Below are positions 36,213 through 47,136 of a DNA stretch of 54,925 nucleotides, one piece after another. The translations under genes were made by a program, and so were the position numbers. Each line of letters opens with the position of its first letter. The first letter of the stretch is position 1. The DNA comes from Spirogloea muscicola (Eukaryota): the NCBI GenBank assembly GCA_009602725.1, contig WELB01000015.1, forward strand, positions 692,391 through 747,315, in the 5' to 3' direction. The notes beneath the pieces are model-generated. The model searched no databases, was not told where the DNA came from, and was given only the letters and a program-made list of their open reading frames with translations.

Positions 36213-39200
36213 CGCTGGGCCGCCGCGCGCGCCTTCGACGCCGCGCCCGGCGCCGCCGCCGGCGCCGGCGGCAAGTTCTTCGCCAACTTCCCGTACCCGT
36301 ACATGAACGGCCGCCTGCACCTCGGCCACGCCTTCACCTTCTCCAAGGTCTGCGCCTGCCCGGCCGCCGGCCGCCATGGCCGCCGCTGTCGAGTTCGACA
36401 GTGAAGGTCACAGGTTCGAATCCTGGAGAGTGCATTAAATCGAAGAGCCGCCGCTGGCCCAGCTTGGTATCAGTCATCCACGCGGCGGCCTCTCAAGCTC
36501 AGATTGGAGTAATGGAAGTGTGTTACGATTATCAGAAACAAGTAAGATTAGTATAGTTTACAGGTATATGTAGGTAGATATGTAGACATATGTAGGTAAT
36601 CTCAGGCCTCTGGGGCTTAGGCTAGGTCCACGACCTCCACTGCGCTTCTGCCACTGGTCGCCTCTTGCAGAGCCACCGGCCTCCTTGCCTTATCCGGCTT
36701 GCTATTGCGGCGGCGCCAGCTAGACAGCCAGCCTCCTTCTGCACCATCCTGGCTTGCCACGTCCCTTTGACACATTTTATGTCATCCTGAGCTAGCGGGA
36801 TGCCAACCTAGTCACGGTAGTGACGTGCGCTGAAGCCAGGCCAGGAGGCGCTGCCATTGTGGCACCCTTTGGCCGCAGGTCCTTGACCATCTCCTCACTT
36901 GTTGTCTCCTTCTTGCGCTCCAGGTGGAGTTTGCAGCGGCGTACCATCGCCTTCGGGGCGCCCGCGTCCTGTGGCCGTTTGGCTTCCATTGCACCGGCAT
37001 GCCCATCAAGGTATTTAAGCTAAACCACTCGCTGCAGCCTAAAAATCCGCCCACCGTTTCTGCAAGGACACCAAGTTTCCCCTCTAACTCCTGATTGAAT
37101 AATCACTGGTGCTATGATCAGGAACTACGGGTTACAGTTAAGGGTTAAGGGGTTAGGGAGTCAGGGTTTAGGCCTAGGGTTCAATCCCCAGTCGTTCTGT
37201 GCAAGGCGCGCTTGATCAACGTGTTCTTTGTTGATCTTCTGAGATCCACACGGTTTTGTTGTCAGACTCGGGACTTACAATTAGGTGCATTTCACCAACT
37301 GAAAGCCTGTCTGATGAGGCCTGCCTACATTGCACATCCTGCATCAAAGTACATCTAAGGAAACCTTGAATTCTGCCTTCAGAGGGATCCTGAATGATTC
37401 AGGCAAAGCATAAGCTTCTGATTGCTGGCTTAGAAGAAGTCCAGGCAATGTGCAGAGGGCCCGTGCTTTGGCGAGGCCCTCAGCTGCCAGGGTTCCATTA
37501 AGCCCTTAACTGTCAGTTTAGCCCTTAACTGTCACTGCACCATGGCGTGCGTAGGCGTGTGCGGACAAGCTGGAGCGAGAGTGCCAGATGTTCGGCTGCC
37601 CTCCGAACTTTGCCGAGGCAGAGGTCGAGCCTGAGCCCGTCGGGCCGCCTGCTGCCAGCGAGCCCACGCCAGCGGAGGACAGTGATCCCACCCGGTTCAA
37701 GGCCAAGAAGGTATTCACTTTAGGTGCACATATAGTGGCCAATTAGATTCGATTATGGTGTGTTCTTGCAGAGACATTGTCTCACCTTGTATGCAAGTCA
37801 TTGACCTTAGGTACTGCGGGCTAACATTCTCAGCAAATACTGTGGATGCGCGTGCAGTCTAAAGCTGTGGCCAAGACTGGTCATGCTAAGTACCAGGTGA
37901 TATATCTTCGCCCAAGCTGAACCTCCCCGGAACACTTGTGAGCGTGCTCTAGTATATAGCACATGGCAGCCTTCAGACAAACCTTATGAAGCAGCATCTC
38001 TGCCTTGTCCTCTGCAGTGGGAGATAATGAAGTCTCTCGGCTTGGATGACGAGGAGATTGCCAAATTTAGGGACCCGACCCACTGGCTGAAGTATTTTCC
38101 CCTCGTTGCTGTGGTGAGTATAAGCAAGGTCAAGGCACTGCTGGACTCCTGTCTAGAGTGACTCCTATGCGTGCCACCTTTCTGCAGATCAATTGTTGAG
38201 CTCCAGCTAATAATATAGAAGTTGAAGCTCGTATTGGTTGTTTTGTCCTGATTCCCAGGATGACCTTAAAGTGCTGGGTCTCGGGGTGGACTGGCGGCGG
38301 TCCTTCATCACGACCGATTACAACCCCTATTATGATTCATTCGTCCGGTGGCAGTTCAACGTTCTCAAGGAGAAAGGCAAGGTGTTGTTTGAAAATGCAA
38401 CACATATCTGCCATCTGGCAGTTTACTTAGGAACAATGTCTTCTTGGGGTTCGTCAAGCAAGTGTTGGTTTTATTGCAGATGCTACTGTGGACTGTTTGC
38501 ATGTAGTAAGAACCATCTGACATCTCATTTGCTGACCAGTGCATTTAGCCAACAAAATTGTCACCCACAGCTATACAAAGAGTCACAGACTGCCCAGATG
38601 ATTCCAGATAAGAGAACTGATGCTTGAAATAGTGGCCAGGTCGTCAAGGACCGCCGTTACACGATATACTCCCCTCTCGATGGTCAGGTTAGTCCAGATG
38701 CGTCCTTGTGGAAATATCATAGATCCTATTGGAGTTGATGGCTTTCCACAATTGTAGCATGCACGACTTCTGTGCTACTAGCAGGGAGGTCTGCGAAGAC
38801 TCAAGCATCAAGCTGTCTATGCAATGCACCGCTAGTTGACTTATGACGAGTCGATGATGATGATGATGGGTGTCAATGGCAGCCCTGCGCCGACCACGAC
38901 AGGGCGTCCGGCGAGGGGGTGCTACCGCAGGAGTACACGCTCATCAAGATGGAGGTCTTGCCACCACTCAAAGGTAATGTATATTAGAATAGTAGACTCC
39001 AGACCAGCGACTAAAAGAGATTCATTGGAGTCAGACTGGCAAGCTCAGATGCCACACTCCTCAAGCCCTACGGCATAGATTTGAGTTCCTCTTGCTTGTC
39101 AAGTGCTAAGGCCACCGGAAGTCCGTCTATTGTTGACGTGCGAGTGTCAACAACATGCAGGCTTAAGGTTGTATTTGGTCTTGGCTCAGGATCTGCTCCT

Positions 39201-42200
39201 TGACTTCTAATTCTCAGTATTTGAGTCATGCCGGTCTACAGTCTTGGGTCAAGCAAAGTGTGTCTGAGCGAGTCTGACGTGCTCCATTGGTCTCACTCTT
39301 TGACTGTTGAAGGCAAGCTTGCGCCTCTTGAGGGGAAGAGGGTGTTCCTGGCTGCGGCCACGTTGCGACCAGAGACCATGTACGGCCAGACGAACGCATG
39401 GGTGCTGCCCGATGGCAAGTACGGTGCGTACGAGGTCAACAAGACCGATGTGTTCATCGTGACTGAGCGCGCGGCCCTCAACTTGTCCTACCAGTATCAC
39501 TCAAAGGTATGCACAGCTATTCCTGTCCATTAACAGCCTAGAGTTTGTACCTTGCATGGCCTCTCCTCTGGCACTGGCATCCCAATTTGATGTTTACATA
39601 CTGACAGTCAGAAGATGACTTACTGTTTACAGGAGACTGGAAAGCCGGTGTGCCTGGCAGAGTTGACTGGACACGACCTCATTGGGCTCCCTCTTCGAGC
39701 GCCCTTGACCAGCTACGATGTCATCTACGCCCTGCCCATGCTTACCATCCTCACTGATAAAGGTGAGCAGCCTCCAAGACGTCTTCCTGTATTCGCATGC
39801 TCTGCTTCAGTCGAAAATGCTATTGCTCGTGGAATGATGGGAAGTTCGCACCTGGCACACCACGTGCTTAGCAGGTTAAGTAATAAGATAAGGCATTTCT
39901 GTTTCGTATGTCAGGCACTGGCGTTGTGACCAGTGTGCCCAGTGACTCCCCAGACGACTTCATGGCCCTGAAAGACCTGACGAGCAAGCCAGGTTGGCTA
40001 CATCCTGCAGTCAAGTTTTGTGTCCGCATCTGCATCCAGTGTGCTCACTTGGTCTGCTTCAGAATTTACCTGCAGTCCACCCAAGCTTGTGTGGTCGTCA
40101 CTGACACTTGCGGTCGACTTGGATTTACTCGGGCACTTACCAGCCACAGCTTTATCACGACGAATATTTACAGGAACTTTGTACTTGTTCCTGTCTTCAT
40201 TCTACAGCACTGAGGGCCAAGTATGGGGTGGACGACAACTGGGTGCTGCCCTTTTCAGTCATACCCATCATCAACATACCTGGCTTTGGTGACATTGCTG
40301 CCGAGAAGGTTTGCATGGACCTGAAAATTAAGAGCCAGAATGACAAGGAGAATCTTGCGGAGGCGAAGCGTCTGACTTACTTGAAGGTGAGCAGTCTCCC
40401 TTTGCCATGTCAGTGGATGAATTATTGATTTCTCAGTCAAGGTCTGTGAATCTGTTAGGAGCTACGATGGTCATGGAGAGGTCATGGCACTTAAGATGTG
40501 ATGTCATGATGCTGCTCCTTGCTTCTGGTACCCCCTCGTCGAAAGGACCTGCGGTGCTTGAAGCAGAGGAGCTATGCTTCTACGTGCTCAATCTCCGGGG
40601 CTTGCTACAAATCGCACTTCTTAGAGGGTGTTTATGCGCTACCACTGAAGTGTGCAAGTCTTGGTGCCATACGCTTGTTCACTGACAGGGCTTCACTGAC
40701 GGCGTCATGCTGATCGGCGAGCACAAGGGCAAGAAAGTTCAGGAGGCTAAGCCTCTAATCAAGAAGGTCTGCCTCTGGTCAAGACGGTTTCAATCTATTT
40801 GTTTGAGGCAGGACACAGGCATGTCATTTCCATCAGCTTTGCCTGTGCGTCAGAGTCAGTCTCAATTGGTCTACAGGGAGCCTGCAAGGACTCGGGTTTC
40901 TGATGTCCCGTCAGTGCTTGCTGCATGGCCATGAGGCAAGCAGATGCTGCTGGAGGCAGGGCAGGCGGTGCTGTACAGCGAGCCCGAAAAGAAGGTCATG
41001 TCACGGTCGGGGGACGAATGCCTGGTGGCTCTCACAGACCAGTGGTGAGTGTGCACTTGTGCCTTGGCTCTTGCTTGCAGAGGTACTCTTACATCATGGT
41101 TAGGTGTAGGAGAATTGGGCAGTGATTGTGATTGCGGACCAAGTTTATTTGATCTCAGATAGTGTGGTAGGTACCTCACATATGGAGAGGAGGAGTGGAG
41201 GGGGCTGGCGGAGGAGTGCCTCAAGTCCATGGAGCTCTATGCAGATGAAACGAGGCATGGGTTCGAGCACACACTTGGTTGGCTTGACAAGGTCAGCTTG
41301 TCAGTCTGTGCGCCAACCTTACAAAGACTATCCATAAAGGAGTCAGGTCTATGTGACTGTGTGACCAGGTCTGCCAAGTGTATGACGTTCTTGAGTCTTT
41401 GTTAGATCTCCAAGACATTTAAGAAACACCTTGATAACGTACATGTAGTGATTGTCTCTCGTGGCAGTGGGCGTGCTCTCGCTCCTTTGGCCTGGGATCA
41501 AGGATACCTTGGGACCCGCAATACCTTGTCGAGTCCCTCTCTGACTCCACAATCTACATGGCCTATTACACCGTCGCTCACATTCTCCATGTGAGGCCCA
41601 GAAGTCCGCTTGTCCATCAATTGCATGCCCATGTTGTTGTATTGAACTCCGTAAGCTCTCAATGTATAGTCACCTCAGGTCAGATGTCCACACTGCAGAG
41701 ACTGTCGATTATTAGCAAGATGGCAGCAATAGTTGTCCACCTTGATGAGCGGCAAGTAGAACTAATAGTTTCGCATTGAATCATAGTCGAACAAAATGGT
41801 GACTATCCGTCTGCTATATGTACAGGGTGAAGACCTTTTTGGACAAACGCCTGGACAGATCAAGGCCGAGCAGATGACACCAGAAGTCTGGGACTTTCTC
41901 TTCAGGGATGGCCCATTTCCAGACACAGATATTGACGCTGACATTCTCAAGGCATGTCAATATCTTGCCGACACTGAAGCACATGACCTCGAGATTCTCC
42001 ATTACGATTGGGCTATGTTTGTATAACACAGGAAGACAGATGTGGAGTATCTATCAGCTGATATTGACACTGCCCTGAGGTCTCATCAAGTGCAGAGTGC
42101 GAAGGCGGAGTTTGAGTACTGGTACCCATTTGACTTGAGAGTGTCGGGCAAAGACCTGATTAACAACCACTTGACTTTCTGTATCTACAACCACACTGCG

Positions 42201-45200
42201 TTTTTCCCAAAGGTATCACAAGCAATATATTGGTGTAGACTAAGGATGGCTTGTGACATCATGCGACACACTATTGCAAGTCTTGTTGCCTTGTCAGTAA
42301 GCAGGGTCAATACAAGCTTAAGGAGACTCTGAGGTTGCTTATATACAATTCCACAGGAAAAGTGGCCCAGGGGCTTTCGGTGTAATGGACACCTACTGCT
42401 CAACTCTGAGAAGATGTCCAAGCAAACAGGCAACTTCAAGACCGTGCGGGATGCTGTTGGTGAGCCTTAGTAGTAGCCTAGGACAGATGTTTCAGAACAC
42501 TGAACAGAACATCGCATCAACGAAGCAGCAATGACTAGCGTAGCTGCTCCTATGGAAGTTGTTCACGGACTAGTGAAACCTGCCAGTGACCATTGCAGAG
42601 GTGTAAATTTTGACGACTCTTGCTGTGAGGATTGTTTGTGGTCTGTTGCAGCCCTGCTCTGCCCTGTACGTGTAGTTGTCCTGATAAAGAAAGTCATCAG
42701 AATGATATCAGGAAATGGCCAGATAAGTTTGAATTCTGCATGCCAAGGAGTATTTCAGCATAGCTTGTGTTACAGAAAGCTAGCTGGTGATCTGATTGAA
42801 GCCCATGTGAATTATGTGTGTCCTTTGTTTTTGTCTGGTTAGCACAGACGAATACTCTGCCGATGCAACTCGGTTTGCTCTAGCTGATGCTGGGGACACT
42901 GTGGATGATGCCAACTTTGTGGCGACGACCGCTGATACAGCCATACTCCGTCTTACCAAGTACGTCATTGCTGGCCCCTCCCAATCAGTTTCTCATTTGC
43001 AAGAGCAATGTTCTTTGTCTCAGAGTAGATTACTAAAATATAAATATAATCATTATGTTGACATCGAGCTTACATAAGAGTATGTGACCATGAGGAAAGG
43101 GTTTATTGGCTGTTGATGAGCAACTGACATATGCATCAGGCTTTTGTGCTGAATGTTGTCATGTTGAATACTGTGTTTCTAGGAATGTTAAGTCAGTTGG
43201 TGCTTCTGTGATGTAGAGAGCTGGCGTGGATGGAAGAAGTGATTGCGGCAGACTCCAGCCTAAGGGGCGATGAGACAAAACTCACTTTTGCAGACAGGGT
43301 CTTCCAGAACGAGATAGAAGTTGCCATCAGTCGGACAGAGACAAATTACAAGAACATGATGTTCAGGGAAGCCCTAAAGACAGGCTTCTATGACTTCCAG
43401 GTAACCCATTTGCACATGTTTTGAGTGGCATATTGTGGACAGATATGCAGCTTGTCTTTGAGCCGTTCCGGATATTGGGGCTAAGTCAACCCAATTTCTT
43501 TCAACCATTTCATTTAGTCTTAGTCATTCAATTGTTTGCTGTTTGTTTGATTGAGGACTGAAGCTTGCAAGAGATGAGTATCGTTTTTCCTGCGGAGCTT
43601 CTGGGATGAGGCGAAGTCTTGTTCGCCGTTTTATGGAGGTGCAGACACGGCTAATAACTCCTGTAAGTTCAGTACCTACGTCTCAGCATGTTGACAAATT
43701 ACTGCATGTATATCTGAGGATGAGGCCTGCAAGCTGTGGTTGATCAAATGCATTGTCCTTGTTGCACAAAGCAAGCCATGTGGCAGACTGCCTTCCAAGC
43801 TCTGCAATGCTTGCTCACTCCTCCATTGCTTGGAGAAGCACTGAGGCACATAGGCCAACTCTGCAAGCAGAGGCTTTAGGACAACACATATTTCCAATCA
43901 AGCAGTTTCTATGGGCATGTTTCTTGTGATATCTCATCAACATTTTGCTTGACAGCTTCGCCTAGCATCTGTTGTCCAGATCTGCCCGCATTACGCCGAG
44001 CATGCATGGACAGAAGTCTTGGGGAAGGATGGACTAGCAATCACTGCTGGCTGGCCTTCCAGCAGTCCGCCAGACTACACTCTTCAAAGCGCCAACAAGT
44101 ACCTTCAGGTGCACCGATGCAATTTAGAATTCACCATGGCTTGGAGCTCCTTATTATCTTACGTAAAATTGATGCTGGACCTTGCAGCAGTATACACAGT
44201 GGACGATTTTGATGCAGGAAATCTGTCTGCCACTCTTGCTAGTTGCGCCGTATCTCAATTACACTCGTCTTCATGCATTTCAGGACACGATAACTGATTT
44301 CAGGAAATTGATGAGCAAGCAAGCAGCCTCTAAAGAGGCCAAAAAGCCCTCTGCAGCGGCACCTGCGACTGCACAAGCAGATCAGTGCCTGGTCTTTGTG
44401 GCAGAGACATATGGGGGCTGGCAGGTAGCGCCACCTGCAATCTGACCCAACATACAAGAAGCGTTTGTCAGCTCATTGAAAGCATGATCAAGCACAAAGC
44501 TTGAGGGGTTTGCAACTTCTGCTGCTGTGCTCTGCGTTGTGCATGACTCATTGAGGCAAAATCGCAACATTTGCTGAGTTGGTAAGCTTGTGACGTGGTA
44601 TCAACGTGGTCATTGATGATTGAAGGAGGAGTGCTTGAAGCTGCTACAGACTCACTATGACAAAGAAAGAAAGACTTTCCCAGACGATGCAAAGCTCATT
44701 TCTGCTCTCAAATCCAGCCCTATTGCAAAGGTAGCAACTATGGCAGTTGAATGTTGCTTGCACAGCTAGCTCAGAGTACGAAGAGACTATCTTAGACTAT
44801 CTTGTCTCCTCCACAATCCTGTTGGCATCATCTGGCTCGGTACACGTCTGATAATTTTGCAGCATCTAATCTCCTCATATCACTGGGTCTAAGATCTGTA
44901 GCACATGCTGATATTATTTAGGAGTCTCAACATACTTATTGTGTGGTGTGGCATATCTACATTGCCTTGTGCTACTGTGTTATGAGATTATCCCTTCTAG
45001 CTAATCTCTATCATAGCATCTTGCTTGAAGATGGGAGACTTCAAGAAGATCATGGGCCAGTGTATGGGCTTCCTCAAATTCAAGAAGGACGCCGCTCTTT
45101 TGACTGGCCCACAGGTATCACCAAATCTTCAAAAAAAATGCGGGGGTATGAGTGTCCTAAGATGTACACAGAGGAGAAAAAGCTGATGCAGATTTCAGAA

Positions 45201-47136
45201 TCTTACCAGAAGTATGAGATTGCATGCATTCCCGTCCGGCGGGACATGGGAAGACTTGTGTGGAGTTTTCAAAGATGACCTCTGTTTTCTTAGGCTTTCA
45301 ATATTTCATTGTAGCTGGGCACCTTGCTAAGAGACTTCCTTCATGGACATTCAGGCTCTTGAGCTACGGCTTCCCTTTGACGAGGCTGCTGTGTTGCTGG
45401 ACAATGCCGACCTCATCAAGGTACACCCAGCCACAGCAGCTGCATTGGGCTGGCACCTCTTGCTTGCAAGAGACATGCTAACATTCACTCAACAGCAGGC
45501 AGTACATTTGACCTGTACAGTGGTCAACTGCACTCGCCTTGTTAAAGTAGGAGAAATGAACCTGAAGATTGTCATAGTGGGGCTATTGCTGAGTGCAGAG
45601 GCAGCTCGGCCTTGAGAAGCTGGAGCTGCTCTCCACCACCGATGAGGCAGCGGTCAAAAGGGCAGGGGCTCAGGGATCGCGGATTCTGACGGCAGTACCT
45701 GGCAGCCCTGTAGCTGTATTTTTGTCGCCTCAGCAGGCTGAGAGGGTCAAAGCAAAGGTGAAGAGAAAGGCCAAGATGGGCTGCCATTTGCATTGCCTTT
45801 TGTCAGAAACGCAGCTTCCATCATGCATTGCTGCAGTATGCTTTCCAATGTAGATCTCACATGTGACATGATTAGGCGACCTGACCTGTGACACACCGTT
45901 GGCCAGGTGTACCTGCGGCCGAAGTCGTCCAGCGAGTCGGCAGTGAGGCAATGCCTAGCCATGCTGGGGTCTGACATTGAGGTCCACGACTTGACTGGTG
46001 CCCCGTCAGAGCCAGTGGTAGCAGCTGCCTGTGAGGCTCCAAGCATTGAACCACTGCAGAAGGCCTCTAAGTCCTCGAGCAGGTGGCTGTCATGTAGCCA
46101 TCGGGCACGCATAGCTGTAGTCCTCTTGACAAGTCTGACCTTCTGCTAGCTTAGGACCAGAGTCACTATGAAGGTTGTGGGAATTGGGTCTTCAAAGCAG
46201 GCTACTCTTCTCCTTGTTGCTGCATACTTTGCTGCCTTCTGATGATGCTTGCTCAAATTGGAACAACAGCTTTCTCATTAGGGGTCTTGTATACCTTTGT
46301 CGGACCCTTGATGGACAGCTTTCAGCCTGGGCCTGTTGTACCTGTGCTGAGCTTGCTGCAGCTTCTGGAGCAGCTGCCGTGCTCCAGGGGGATGGCCTGC
46401 TAGTGGCCGGCACCGCCAGCATCCTGCGCTACTTGGGCAATGCTGCACCCATGGGGTCGTCAATATATTCTCGTGACCCTGCAGGTGACAGTCTATTATG
46501 ATCATCCCCTGTTGTTTCTCGGTGGTCCTTACTAATTCCCTCTGCTTTGTGGCTGCTGTGCATTCTGCCTCAGGAGGGGGGTTTTGGTGGTGGCATTTGC
46601 GGGGGTTACATTGCATTCATTCAATTGTCCACACAATTGTAGACAACAGAAGAAATATAGCTACAGGAGATATACATTTCATCTTGGACTTCACAACGTG
46701 AGCATCTTGTTTGGATGGCTGCTGCAGTACGAGCAGAGACTGACGAGATCCTGGACTGGATCACAAGCAACCTCCAGCCATCCATCTCGAACGGCGACCC
46801 TAACGCAGCGCTGAGTGCTCTCGAGCACTGGCTTCCTTCCTGTAAGCGCTTCTGCTTTGCCGCCTACCGTGTACTAAAATGTGATATATGGTGCCTTCTG
46901 TTCACATAGTGCTTCTCAATATTGTTAGTCTAGGCAGCATGTTATGGCACTAGTAAGTGGGATACACTTTGAGAGATTTGGTTGGGTGAACAGGGAGGGC
47001 CCGGAAGTCAAGAAGCATCGCGGACGTGCTGCTGGCAGCTGTTTTGAGGGATATTCAGAACGACCTTGCAAATGGCCCCTATGTTAGGACGAGGACTTGG
47101 CTCCAAGATTTTGGTCCTGCCCTTACATCTGTTTAA
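36213..47136 (+). CDS. LARS: Cytosolic leucine--tRNA ligase with apparent C-terminal GST-like extension (start in gap)
   Basis: About 32 exons: [14 protein letters not shown] (HIGH motif), [45 protein letters not shown] and [15 protein letters not shown] (CP1 editing domain), [34 protein letters not shown] and KMSKQTGNF. The core ends at [10 protein letters not shown] (~45720), followed by four in-phase exons to TAA at 47134-47136. Confidence 0.95.
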
